Shown here: positions 38,871-52,322 of the stretch, piece after piece
How the letters are laid out: each line of letters begins with the position of its first letter
How positions within the stretch are numbered: the stretch's first letter is position 1
The notes under the pieces: model-generated
The model's input: the letters and a program-made list of their open reading frames with translations, nothing else
Told to the model about the DNA's origin: nothing
The model's database searches: none
Source of the DNA: Octopus sinensis
Lineage: Eukaryota
Assembly (NCBI RefSeq): GCF_006345805.1
Contig: NC_043007.1
Span: 39,680,001-39,744,000, forward strand
DNA: 64,000 nucleotides
Reading direction: 5' to 3'
Made by a program: the position numbers and the translations under genes

Positions 38871-40241
38871 AATACCACAGATTTGCTTGTCAGTTGTTTG
38901 ACATTAACCACTTGAGCATGTCCCTTAGTGGTTGACGATATGTGCATCTCTGATCACGAGCAGAAGTAGTGGGATAGCATCATAGCCATGTGTTGAGAGG
39001 AATTCTTTGGAGTTTGGATAACTCACCTTTGGAAACATGGGTGCTTCGTTCAACATCCTTAAGCAACCCTTATTCAAGAACTTTTTGAGATGGATGGGCT
39101 ACTCTAACTGGGCCCCACTTGCAAGGTGATGCACTGATTATCTTGATATGAGATCGCCATGTTGCGCACATATGGTTGTGATGCATGTGCCTGGTGTATC
39201 CTTATCAGACGGATAGTCATAATGGATTTATTGGGCTTCGTATATTTTACGGCAGTGTCACTTTGATGGCATGCAAAAAGCAAAATAATCCGTTCTGCAA
39301 TTGGTTGAAGGCCTGTAATTTTGGAGAAGCGGGTGCTCAATGTAATCGATACCCCAATGTTCAAATGGTACTTATTTCATCGACTTCAATTCAGAACGTA
39401 AAGACGACCGAAATGCTGCAAAGCATTTTGCCGCCTTTCCGCCAATGCTTCTACTAGAAACACAAGGCCTCAACCGCGACAGAATATGAAATCAGAACCC
39501 AAAACCGAGAGAAATTCCACAAAGCATCTGGTACTAAGTGCTAATGATCTGCCAATCAAACCTTGTGTGTATTTCTCCGTATGATTAGTGGAATATAAAA
39601 GTTTGCAGTACAATCACAGTACAATCACATGCGTGGAGTCCACGCATGAGCAAAATTAAAATAAATGGCAAGCAAAGCATAAAGATAAAATAACGATTAA
39701 ACGCATACATACATATATACTTAAACTCATACTCACACCTGCGCACATACACGCTCTACTAAATTTCGAAAGCGGTGTTGTTCAAAACTAAATATATGCA
39801 CGGTCTAATATTTTGTCGCAGAGACAGGGCTTCTCGCAGAACGCATTTGGATCACCAGACACATTGTTTCGAGCTGATTCGGTCACTTCAGTGACGAATA
39901 TTCCATGGAGGAAAATGCTTATCCCGAAATACAGATCGGTAAATAAGACATTTGATGATTCGTTACTCTGTTTCTGCTATTTTATGTGGTCAGTATTTTT
40001 GTCCACTGGTATATTTTCCATTTTTACGCCAGAAAAACGCTTTGTTTTTATACGGATCTTCCGTACCTTGCTTGGACAGGAAGATATGCGCGTCTATGTG
40101 CAGATGTCTGTATGTGAGTGCGTATTTGTGTATATGTATACAGGTTGTGTGTGTGTGTGTGTATTTGTGTGTTATATGTACATGCGTGCGTGTATTGGCG
40201 CGCACGTATTTTCTGTTGCGTGTATGTATATATGCATATGC

Positions 40242-40272
<31 letters not shown>

Positions 40273-40290
40273 TGTTTATATGTATGAATG

Positions 40291-40357
<67 letters not shown>

Positions 40358-40792
40358 ATATATATATACATATATATATACATATACGTATTTAAACTTT
40401 TTACTTGTTAGTGAATGCATGGATGAATTTATATATATATATATATGTACAAACATATATATATATATATATATATAATATATATATATATATATGCACA
40501 TACAGACACATATACACAGCCATATACACGCGCACACACAGACACACGTGCGCGTACACACAGAGACACGTGCGCGTACACACATAGCACACGCACACAC
40601 ATAGCACACGCGCGCACGCACGCACACATACACACACATCTCACACACACAAACGAAGGCCACACTTCCAGTCTTATCTGGGGTAAGTGACATATTACCT
40701 TACTTTCTTCTCTGATGACTCTGGGCTATAATTAATGACGCCTTTTGTAAACATGAACGAGATAAGAATAAGTCGTTTGCAAACAGACGCTA

Positions 40793-40828
<36 letters not shown>

Positions 40829-41012
40829 CACACACAAACAAACACATATTCCTAAGTATATAGTAATACATGTATGTATGTATATATGTATGTATGTACG
40901 TACGTATTAAAAACACGTCCTTACTTATACAACTACGAATAATTGGATATGTATTATACGGTCATATTTTACAGCGAATCATCGATGGATTGCATACATA
41001 CATACTAGACAT

Positions 41013-41060
<48 letters not shown>

Positions 41061-41166
41061 ACATATATACATATATATACATATATATTAATATATACAC
41101 CATATATATATGTATATATTATACATATATATATATAGATATATATATATATATATATATTATATC

Positions 41167-41228
<62 letters not shown>

Positions 41229-41245
41229 TATATATATATATATGC

Positions 41246-41283
<38 letters not shown>

Positions 41284-41681
41284 ATATATATGCAAACACC
41301 ATATTTGTTCACATACACAAGAGTACACACCCACACAGGCACACAAACAAACAAACAAACATACACACACATAGGCGTGCACATGTGCCGCCGGGGTACT
41401 TCGGCGAACGCATTCGGCTAAATAAACATGTGAAGTGGGTTTCTTTTTTTTTTTGCTTTTTCTTTTTGTTTTTTTTTTCGTTTTCTTCCTTCTTTTAATA
41501 AGATGAGATCTTGATAAAAACGACTAACTGACGTTACGAAGACCACAGCGTGTGGTTTGCTTGCTTGCGTGCGTGCGTGCGTGCGCCAATGTATGTGTGC
41601 ATGTATGTATATATATATATGCATTTATGTGTGAATGTGCGAGTGTCTGGGTGAGAGTGCTCCCGCCTGTGTTTGTGTGTG

Positions 41682-41728
<47 letters not shown>

Positions 41729-42144
41729 CGCTTGTTATGCTTCGATAAGAACTGACGTTGATGAAGGCTTGTTGATCCTTGATTCGCGGTAATATTGTTA
41801 CACACGACGGTGTGGTGACGGGGTTGTTTGTGTGAATGGAGGGTGGAGGGTGGAGGGTGGGGGTAGAGGAAGGAGGGTGTGGTGTGTGTGTAGGGGGGGG
41901 AGGGTGATGTTCATAGTAGTTGTAGTTGTGGTGGTGGTTGTTGTAGTGGTGAGTGTGGCCATTCTGTTCGTGTGTGGTGAAGGTTGTAATCATGGTGGCG
42001 ATACTAGTAATGATGGTGGTGATTGTGGTGGTGATGGTGGTGATGGTAGTGGTGTAGTGATGGTGGAGTTTGTTGTAGTATGATGATTGTTGCAGAAGCA
42101 TTCGATTTGGTCACTGTAGTGGTGGTCACGGTTATAGAAGTGGT

Positions 42145-42738
42145 CGTGTTTGTGGTGGCATATTTTGCTTTATGAGTTCAATGAAAGCAACAACGCAACA
42201 GAAAGTGCAGGGAATATTAATGCAGTATATGGGGGATCGGACAATAAACGTAAGCCAATGTCAAGGGTGGATACAGAAATTCCGAGCCGGAAACTAAAGT
42301 CTAGAAGACGAGCCTCGTCCTGGAAGATCTGTAGAGCTCGACAAGACAGACGTCCTGCAAACTCTGGTGGGACAAAATCCCATCGTAACTGTTGAGCAAC
42401 TAGCACAAACGCCTGAATTTTGTCATCCAACCATTCATCGACACCTGCTTGCTATCGGAAAACGACTGTCTTCAGTTTCAAGACAAAAGGTGTTCTTCCA
42501 TCACTTCTTGGCCACTTACAGCGAGGATGACATTCCAAAGGCTGAACAGTTTGAATGAGATAAGATGCTCCACCCCCCGCCATATTCGCCGGAGTTTGCC
42601 CCATCCGATTATCATTTATTCCGCAGTCTTCAGAATAATTTGAACGGAAAAAATATGAATTCCGTGGACGAGGTCAGAAAAGTACTGAAGGAGTATTTTC
42701 GTCACGGACAAGTGAATTTTAGAAGAAGGGCCTTGCAA
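42145..42738 (+). mobile_element. Internally deleted mariner remnant cut by the assembly gap
   Basis: HILLYEFN..NATESA, KFRAGN*SLEDEPRPGR, TIHRHLLAIGK, then HPPYSPEFAPSDYHLFRSLQNNLNGK. Confidence 0.85.
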
Positions 42739-42838
42739 NNNNNNNNNNNNNNNNNNNNNNNNNNNNNNNNNNNNNNNNNNNNNNNNNNNNNNNNNNNNNN
42801 NNNNNNNNNNNNNNNNNNNNNNNNNNNNNNNNNNNNNN
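42739..42838. other. Assembly gap (100 N)
   Basis: Run of 100 n. Confidence 1.
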
Positions 42839-43244
42839 CACCCTTCAAAACCCTTATTCCTTCCCTCCCTTCATCTCCTTCCTTCACATCTACACACACA
42901 CACACACACACACCACACACACACACACATACACACACAGAGACACACTCACACACACAGAGGCTCACATACGCATGCACATCCACTCACAGCTTTATAT
43001 ATTTAAGATCTTTCTTTATTAGTCACTCGCAACGAAGGAGCTACAAAAACACCACTACAAACAACCCCCACCGCCACCCCACCCCATCACCACCACCACC
43101 ACCACCACTACCACACCACTACCACCGCCTCCTCCACTTCAACGATGACAACGACGACGACGACGACCACCAACACCACCACCATCACCACTATCAGCAT
43201 CAAGAATAATAACAACAACAACACCATTAACAACACCGTAAATA

Positions 43245-43475
43245 TATATTTCTTTATTGCCCACAAGGGGGCTAAACATAGAGGGGACAAACAAGGACAG
43301 ACAAACGGATTAAGTCGATTACATCGACCCCAGTGCGTAACTGGTACTTAATTTATCGACCCCGAAATGATGAAAGGCAAAGTCGACCTCGGCGGAATTT
43401 GAACTCACGACGTAACGACAGACGAAATACGGCTACGCATTTCGCCCGGCCTGCTAACGTTTCTGCCAGCTCGCC
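43245..43475 (-). mobile_element. SINE family B, full length
   Basis: From the tail tttctttattgcccacaagggg to the head ttctgccagctcgcc; aatatat on both sides (possible TSD). Confidence 0.88.
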
Positions 43476-43672
43476 AATATATTGGCGAGTGAAGTTTCTT
43501 CGTGGTCGTTAAAATTTTCAAGAAATAGCAGCTAAACCTGCCTCTCAAATCACACTGTTATTGTTGTCATAGTTGTTGCTGTTTGCCATAGTAATATTTG
43601 ATGGACCAGACTGATGCTCAAAGGCATTCCAGTTGTGACCATTACGCCTTTTTAAAGAGTATATTTCTTCTG

Positions 43673-43849
43673 TAGGTGCAGGTGTGGCTGTGTGGTGAAG
43701 TAGCTTGCATCCCTGCTTTGTGGTCTTGGGTTCAGTCCTGTTGTGCGGCATCATTTGCAAATGTCTTCTACTATAGTCTCGTGTGGACGAAAGTCTTGTT
43801 AATGGATTTGGTAAACGGAAACTGAGAGAAACCCGTCGTATATAATAAC

Positions 43850-43906
<57 letters not shown>

Positions 43907-44110
43907 TAAAAATAATAATAAATAATGAGTTCAGAGTATTACTATCTGGGAGATATCTTATGGTAGTGGAATAGTATTTAACTGCTATTTCTAAATTTCG
44001 GTATGTGATGAAGCAATTTTGCTGATCCCTAATTATAATTATGCTTATAATTATAGAATTTATATATATATAATATATTATATATATTATAATATATATA
44101 TATATATTAT

Positions 44111-44144
<34 letters not shown>

Positions 44145-44230
44145 ATTTATATATATATATTGTATGTGCTTTTGTATGTCTATGAAAGAAATCCGTAGTG
44201 TATGTGTGTATATGTATGTATATATATATA

Positions 44231-44261
<31 letters not shown>

Positions 44262-44550
44262 ATGTATGTATGTATGTATTTATGTATGTATATGCGTGTA
44301 TGTATCTTTGTGTGTGTCTTTGTGTTTGTTCTCATCCACCCACCGTTTGACAGCTGGTGTTGGTTTGTTTACGTCTCCATAACCTAGCGGTTCGACAAAG
44401 AGCGTTCTATGAATAAATACCACGCTTAAAACAAAAATAATAACAAGTGCCGGGTGGGTCGATTCGTCAGACTAAAGCCTTCAAGGCGGTACTACATACA
44501 GCAATGGGTTCAGTCCAATAACCGAAGGGAGGAAAAGACAAAAGATAAAG
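43673..44550 (+). mobile_element. SINE family A with a greatly expanded internal region
   Basis: Left arm 43673-43840 and right arm ~44310-44550, separated by (TAA)n, AT-rich sequence, (TA)n and (TATG)n. Confidence 0.6.
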
Positions 44551-44759
44551 AATCAATTAGACGAATAACACCTGGCGAATTCCTTTGACACCAGGTGAGC
44601 TTTGTACTTGTAATGTTAGTTACATGGGTGGATTCAGCGGTGGATTCCCCGGTCGTCGTTCTGCGGGTATTTTGTTTTTATAAAACTGCCACACCTGCCA
44701 ACTGTTCAGAAACAAATCTACAAGTGTAGCAACCACCATCAATACACAGGTTAAATAAA

Positions 44760-45018
44760 GTAAAAAGTAAAGTCACCTTAAGTCATGCCGACTCATAAGG
44801 GCCGACTTCCCGGTTTCCATGGTGTATAAGTTCACCACCCTGACGCAACGCCGGTCCGCCGCAAGATTACTCATTTTTGCCCGGGTGAGTGGACTGGAGC
44901 AACGTGAAATGAAGTGTTTTGCTTAAGAACACAACGCGTAGTCCGGTCCAGGAACCGAAACCACAATCTTACGATCATTAATCCAACTCCTTAACCACTA
45001 AGCAACGCACCTCCACAC
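44760..45018 (-). mobile_element. tRNA-headed SINE family C
   Basis: Minus strand: gtggaggtgcgttgcttagtggttaaggag...ggtttcggttcctgga (A-box-like and B-box-like), gtgttcttaagcaaaacactt, tail ...ctttactttttac. Confidence 0.7.
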
Positions 45019-45024
45019 ATCAGG

Positions 45025-45395
45025 TTAAATCGTGGCACTCCGTCGGTTGCGACGACGATGGTTCCAGTTGATCCGATCAACGGAACAGCCTGTTCGTGAA
45101 ATTTACTTGCAAGTGGCTGAGCACTCCATTAATGTAGTTCTCAATGCGATTCTGCGTGACACAGAGTGTGACAAGGCAGGTTCCTTTGAAATACAGGTAC
45201 AACAGAAACAGGAAGAAAGAGTGAAAGCAAGTTGTGGTGAAAGAGTACAGCAGGGTTCGCCACCACCCACTGCCGGAGCCTCGTGGAGCTTTAGGTGTTG
45301 GCGCTCAATAAACACTCACAACGCCCGGTCTGGGAATCGAAACCGCGATCCTACGACCGCTGCCCTAACCACTGGGTTATTGCGCCTCCACACAG
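45025..45395 (-). mobile_element. tRNA-headed SINE family D
   Basis: Minus strand: tggaggcgcaataacccagtggttagggcagcg...ggtttcgattcccagaccggg, followed by a long body ending ...aaccgacggagtgcca. Confidence 0.7.
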
Positions 45396-45489
45396 TTTAA
45401 ATAGAGCAGATAGATTCACTTACAATGGAACTTGTCCTTTCCCTAAGAATTGAAGTTATAAACCAGCGGTTCTCAATAATATTTAGTGG

Positions 45490-45786
45490 AAGAAATCGAC
45501 CCAGGGCTTACTCTTTGTAAGCATAGCACTTATTCTATCGGTCTCTCTTGCCGAACCGTTAATTTATAGGGACGTAAACACACCGACATCGATTGTCAAG
45601 AATGGTGAGGTGGGGGACAAACACAGACACAAAGACACACACACATACACATATAGATATATTAATAAAATATATACATAAAATATAAGATATGTACTTA
45701 TATATATTCGCTTGCCACTGATGATGGTATTTTATAATACCGTCTCCACACACACAACACACACAACACACACACCATATATCTAG

Positions 45787-45820
<34 letters not shown>

Positions 45821-45970
45821 AAGGCTTCTTTCAGTTTCCTACAACCAAATCCACTCACAAGCCTTTGGTCGGTTCGAGGATATGGTAAAAGACACTTGCC
45901 CAAGGTGCCATGCAGTGGGACTGAACCCGGAACCATGCGGTTGGGAAGCAAGCTTCTCATCATACAGCTA
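45490..45970 (-). mobile_element. SINE family A
   Basis: Both arms with an expanded internal (CA)/(TA) region. Confidence 0.8.
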
Positions 45971-46205
45971 AGCTTTTATATAAAACCCTACAGTACTTTT
46001 ATAATCAGATTTTATAAGGAATTGTACTAAAAACCTGCAATTGCTAAACCTCTGCTGTCCCCCAGCAGCATTGAGAAGTGTAATAAAAATTGGTATCCAA
46101 ACTAGGAGAAATGGTCAATGGTTCAATGAAGCATGGAAGCAGTTTTCTGATGATTTGAGCAACCAAGTGCAGAATTCTCTTGGCCCTTCAGGTATTCCAA
46201 ATGGC

Positions 46206-46472
46206 TAGGCGTAAGAGTGGGTGTGTGGTAAGTAGCTTGCTTACCAACCACATGGTTCCGGGTTCAGTGCCACTGCGTGGCACCTTGGGCAAGTGTCTTC
46301 TATTGTAGCCTTGGGCCGACCAAAGCCTTGTAAGTGGATTTGGTAAACGGAAACTGAAAGAAGCCCGTCGTATATATGTATATGTATGTATATATACACC
46401 TCCACCACCTCCACCACCTACACCACCAAACGGTATACACAGGTGCTTATAATTATCAAGTACTCACCCCGA

Positions 46473-46514
<42 letters not shown>

Positions 46515-46764
46515 ATATATATATATATGTATGTATGTATAAATGTATATATTAGTATATATGTGTGTTTTTGTGTGTTTGTCCCCCCAATATCGCTTGA
46601 CAACCGATGCTGGTGTGTTTACATCCCAGTAACTTAGCGGTTCTGCAAAAGCGGCCGATAAAATAAGTACTAGGCTTACAAAGAATAAGTCCTGGGGTCG
46701 ATTTGCTCGACTAATGGCGGTGCTCCAGCATGGCCACAGTCAAATGACTGAAGCAAGTAAAAGA
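46206..46764 (+). mobile_element. SINE family A inserted in Tc1 copy 1
   Basis: Full head-to-tail copy; replaces 49 bp that are present in copy 2 (55599-55647). Confidence 0.9.
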
Positions 46765-46926
46765 GTATGCTACAAACATTTCTCTCAGATGGCAGCGCAA
46801 CCTTCCAGGACGAATATGCTTTCTTTCACATGGCCAACATTATGCAAAATTAGTACAAAAAGCACAAGACTGAAGTAGACCCCTTAGATCACAGCCCCAC
46901 TCCTGAGATCACAGAATCTCAATATA

Positions 46927-47168
46927 TATATTTATTTATTTATTGCCCACTGGGGGCTAAACACAGAGAAGACAAACAAGGACAGACAAAGGGATTAAGT
47001 CGATGTAATCGACTCCAGTGCGTAACTGGTATTTATTTAATCGACCTCGAAAGGTTGGAATGCAAAGTTGATCTCGGCGAAATTTGAACTCAGAACGTAA
47101 CGGCAGACAAAATACCGCTAGGCATTTCGCCCGGTGTGCTAAAGATTCTGCCAGCTCGCCGCCCTACG
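46927..47168 (-). mobile_element. SINE family B with a 13-bp TSD
   Basis: gaatctcaatata at 46914-46926 and 47169-47181; present once in copy 2. Confidence 0.92.
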
Positions 47169-47377
47169 GAATCTCAATATAATCGAATATTTATGGTGCC
47201 TTTTGGAGCAGTAAGTGAGTAACTGATCACCTTCGCTATCGTCGCAGAATGAGCAAAGGCAGATCGTACTTGAAGAATGGCTCAATATTCACCTACATGC
47301 CGTTCAGAACCTGTCAATTCTTCGACTTATTAAAGACGTGATTGATGCCAAAGGTAGACCAACTTTATTGAATAATA

Positions 47378-47916
47378 TTGGGTTGTCCGGAAAGTTCGTG
47401 CCGATTTATAAAGGAAAGAGAAAGATCAATAAATACTTGCCATTATATTTTACAATCAACCAAATATGAACCATTTTGTTGCACAATGCGTCTCCATCTT
47501 TCCTTTAACTTCAAAATACCCTCTTCCCAGAATTGAGATGGCTTCATGGCAAAGAATTCATCAAGGTATCTTTGTACGTCATCCAAGGAATTGAAAGTTT
47601 TACCATTAAGACTATTCTGCAGAGACCTGAATAAGTGGAAATCCGAAAGAGCAATATCTGGTGAATATGGAGAGTTGGGTAACACATCCCAGCCGAGCTG
47701 CAGCAATATTTGTCTTGGTTCCCAAAGCATCAAGTGCCGAAAATGAACTTTCTTATCTTCCATTTTAAAGGGTTACAGAATTAACACAGGTTATAGAACA
47801 TTAACCTTCTTCCACGAAATATAGCTTAAACTGTGCTCTAAATAGAGGTGTTGTCAAATCCTATTTTATGGACTCAATCATGTTCTAAAATAAGTTGAAC
47901 TTTCCGGACAACCCAA
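47378..47916 (-). mobile_element. Mariner deletion derivative (539 bp) with TA TSD
   Basis: TIRs ttgggttgtccggaaagttc / gaactttccggacaacccaa; empty site gaataatacaaac in copy 2; ORF 47443-47763 with SPYSPDIALSDFHLFRSLQN. Confidence 0.93.
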
Positions 47917-48469
47917 TACAAACTCTATTTCACAAGGTGTTTCCATTATTAGATATAAGGAATTGTATTAAAAGATATATAATATTTCGTGCATTGTAGA
48001 AGCATAAGCAAATTAATGCACATAAATTTTAACGAAAAATTCTTATATGAAGCTTCATGGGCCACGTGGACCCCTGTTGAGAACCACTGGCATAGAAACT
48101 CCAATCTGGTGAGATAATAATCATGTCAAGGTACGGTGATCAGTGGTGGGGCAGGGTAAGATACCGCCAAATTGATGTCGGTCAGTTAACTATAATCCGT
48201 TACACATAGTAGCATAGGTAGGAATGGGAGTGTGGGGCGAGGAGAGCGATTAGCCCCGGGCGACGCTTTTAAGGAGGTGGTACATTTGGGTCTGTTGTGT
48301 AGGCTCGGAGGTGTGCTGCAAAGTCATGGCGTGTCCCGGGAGGCACACTCTCTAGCAACGTCACTGGTCATATATGCATATTCAGAATCGAAAGATCCAG
48401 AACATTTATCGAAAGCCATTTTGTCAAACACCATCATTTTATCGATCATGAAAGACTGAAGATCAAAGT

Positions 48470-48760
48470 TAACAGCAGCGAGATTTGAACTCAGAACGTT
48501 AAAAATTGGAACAAACTACTGCAAGGCGTTTTGTCAAAAGCTTTAAAAATTCTACCGTATACATCCCACAACTGGTACTTTGTTTTATAAACCCTGAAAG
48601 GGTGAAAAACGAAGAAACTCCGAAAGGGTGAAAAACGAAGAATAACCACAGCTGATACTTCATTTTATAAACTCTGAAAGGATGAAAAACAAAGAATAAC
48701 CTCAAGAGGATTTGAACTCAGAGCGTAAGGAGTCGGAACAAGTTCTGTATAAAAGATCGT
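48470..48760 (-). mobile_element. Diverged SINE family B remnants with short internal duplications
   Basis: atttgaactcagaacgt, caactggtac and repeated gaaagggtgaaaaacgaaga. Confidence 0.6.
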
Positions 48761-49241
48761 CTGTCGCTCTAAAAATGGCACTAATCTACAGCCATCGGTC
48801 CTCTATATCCTATACAATGTATAGGATATATAAAATATATAATGTATAGACACGTATTTGATGCGTTCTGGTTAATGAAAGTATATAGGATATACACCCA
48901 TAATACTCGACAACGTAAAAAGCGGTTCAACACTCGTTATTAACCGCAATATATATATCGGGTATATATGATATATAACGTAAGGGTTTATAGAAATCAA
49001 TTCAAAACTTTCAGTTTATAAACTAGGATAATAAAATAACAAGGTGATGATTAAATAGAATAAAACGAAAAAGAAAACAGACATTTCTAAGAGGGTATAT
49101 TAAAAAGCAACTTAAAATATATAAAAATGAAATTGCTTCCAATATACATACATTAAACGCACGCACTTTCAGACAGATACATACTTGCATGCTAACACAG
49201 ATACATACACGCATGCTCACACACATAGACACACGCATGCA

Positions 49242-49275
<34 letters not shown>

Positions 49276-49435
49276 CATACATACATACATATATATATGC
49301 GTGTATTTGTATATATGTGGGTATATGTATATACAAAATTTCTGTCTATGTATTTACATTGTGTATGTGTATGTACATATATATGCATGTATGTATATAT
49401 ATTATGTACGTATGCCTGTCTGTATGTATGCATAT

Positions 49436-49513
<78 letters not shown>

Positions 49514-49514
49514 G

Positions 49515-49553
<39 letters not shown>

Positions 49554-49622
49554 TATATATACACATATTATATGTATATGCATAAGCACACATGTCTATA
49601 TATGTATATATGTATATATGTA

Positions 49623-49667
<45 letters not shown>

Positions 49668-49879
49668 GTCTATAATACACGTATATACATATATTTCTTA
49701 TTTTTTTGCGTTTCAATCATGTTACTGCGGTCATGCTGGAGCGCTCGCGCGCAGATACACACATACATGTATTTATTATGTATAGTATAAGCATATATAT
49801 ATGTGTATATATGCATACATACATGCATACATATACACACACACACGCGCACACACTCACACACACACACACACACATA

Positions 49880-49933
<54 letters not shown>

Positions 49934-50060
49934 GTTAGGAGAAACCAAGAAACGACACTTTGAATTTTCATTGCTTGTTGTTTTGTTTTATTTTCTTGTT
50001 CTAGTTTTCTTTTACCTCATTTTGCCTGCGCACGCGCGCGTGTGCATGCATATGTGTATG

Positions 50061-50096
<36 letters not shown>

Positions 50097-50629
50097 GTGT
50101 TCTCTTTCCTTTTCGCCTTTTCTTTTTCTTTTCGTTTCTTTTCTTCGTCACCGAGTTATTATTTTCAATATTTAAAGAGATCTTATCGAACTTGGCAAAG
50201 AAAGAGTCGATTTATGAAATAAATAAATAAACAAACAAATAAATAGCCCCCCCCCCCCCAATCAAAACACGCTAAAAAGACAAAAAAGAACACTACAAAT
50301 GACCCATAAGAAAGGTAGAATGAACACAAAAAATATATAAAAAAAACGAAAAATTATTAATGGCTGCTTGGTGACTTCCGTTTTGCAACAATAAAAACCC
50401 TTTAAACTTCAGAGGAAATTGTGAACAACACCAGGAAAAAGCAATAATGATTGAGTGACTGACTGAATAAACGAATAAAGGAATAAAAGAATCAAGAAAT
50501 AAAACGAATAAATGCGAAATTGCTGTCTCGTGTTGTGTACGATCGTATATATGTATGTATTTGTTGAAGTATGTATTTGTTCATGTATGTGTGCTTGTGT
50601 TTTGTTTGTTTATTTGTATATGCGAGTGT

Positions 50630-50669
<40 letters not shown>

Positions 50670-51173
50670 CTGTGTGTGTGAGTGGGTGTTTTAAATGGCG
50701 GATACTGTAAAGATTTGGATTAACACTTAGAGGTGTAATATACTTCCATTTGTGTCTCGTAAGAAGTCATCAACAATACGCCATTATTGAAACAATAACT
50801 AACAGACCGTTATCAAAATACAGACGATGCGCGTGTCTGTGTATATACGTATAAATGTATGTATGTATGTATGTATGTATGTATGTATGTATGTATGTAT
50901 GTATGCATGTATGTATGTATGTATGTATGTATATCTGTATGTATGTATATATGTATGTATGTATGTATTTATGTATGTATTATGTAGGTAGGTAGGTATG
51001 TAGATATACATACTATTAATACTAGAATATGCGTACATACATGCATATATATGTATGTATACACACACATATATATATGTGTGTATGGCCATACATACAT
51101 TTGTATGTACATACATGCATGCATACATACATATGTATATACATGCATATGTATATATATATATATATATATA

Positions 51174-51212
<39 letters not shown>

Positions 51213-51348
51213 CGTATATATATGGTATTATGCGTGCAAATATATAATTATATAATTATATATACATACATATACATATATGTATATACAGATAGAGAAG
51301 GCGAGAGAGCGAGAAGTTTACGTCTGTGATTTTTTTTTAAACATACAC

Positions 51349-51382
<34 letters not shown>

Positions 51383-51465
51383 CCATATATATATATATAT
51401 ATATATAATATACAAACACACACACATTCATACTCACACACATATATATATATTTATATGTATGC

Positions 51466-51522
<57 letters not shown>

Positions 51523-51653
51523 GTTTATACATGCATACATATACGTACGTACATGAAACATTGATGTGTGTGTGTATATATATATATATGCATATGCAGA
51601 GATACATGAGCATAACACACACACTCACACACATACACACATACCACACACCA

Positions 51654-51700
<47 letters not shown>

Positions 51701-52251
51701 TACCCGCTTAAACCCTCATACACACATAAACACAGAGGAGTATGTTTTTTAATAATATAAGGTGTGAATATGCAGAAATGAACGATATTCGTTTATTTGT
51801 TTCAAAAGCCAATAGAAATTATTTAAAGTGCGTATTGTGTCGACAATTCAATGTAAATATTGTGTTTGTGGACAATGTCGTATACGCCATTTGATGAGCG
51901 CACCGTGTATTTATTTAAAAACCGAATTCAACCAATATATGTTATCATCAAAAGAAGCCTGCGTTGACGAGAGCCCCTGAACCGTGCTAAATAACAATAG
52001 ACAGTAAAAGGAAGACGATGCGGTGTCGTCGACGCCATTGACGGTAACGGTGTCGGCGGAGATGGAGTGGTTTATCAACTAGAAGAAAGAGAAAGACGAA
52101 GAAGAAGAAGAAGAAGACCAAGAAAGAAGCAGGGTGAGGGTGGGGGGAGAAGAAGGAAAGATAGAAGGATATAATAACAAAAAAGAAAAATAAGAAGAAA
52201 GAAAAAGGAGTAGAGGTGGGTCGTTAAGAGACAATAGCAGTAATCACGACA

Positions 52252-52322
<71 letters not shown>

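Larger units (their letters stand above)
46035..47947 (+). pseudogene. Decayed Tc1-type transposase 3' fragment, copy 1, with three insertions
   Basis: Near-identical to 55429-56665 once insertions are removed; FQDEYA (FQDDNA) and NLNIIEYLW (DLNPIENLW) motifs. Confidence 0.8.
45464..48089. mobile_element. Putative hAT-type MITE shell filled with nested insertions
   Basis: Termini cagcggttctcaa (45464) and ttgagaaccactg (48089) are inverted; the 8-bp flanks differ (ttataaac vs gcatagaa), so pairing of the ends is uncertain. Confidence 0.45.

Noticed and set aside
39813-40090. Unique 5' part of the 221-aa ORF at 39813
   Set aside because: Non-ATG start, no recognisable domain, and runs into microsatellite.
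42565-43209. 214-aa ORF spanning the N gap
   Set aside because: Artefact of translating through the gap; only the mariner part before it is real.
44560-44760. Possible small exon (ccag|gtgagc donor) and a 14-bp match to the knuckle at ~13610
   Set aside because: No convincing acceptor, frame or homology; the match is short enough to be chance.
48137-48367. Possible GC-rich MITE (cagtg ... ctagcaacgtcactg)
   Set aside because: Only 5 bp of terminal match and no TSD.
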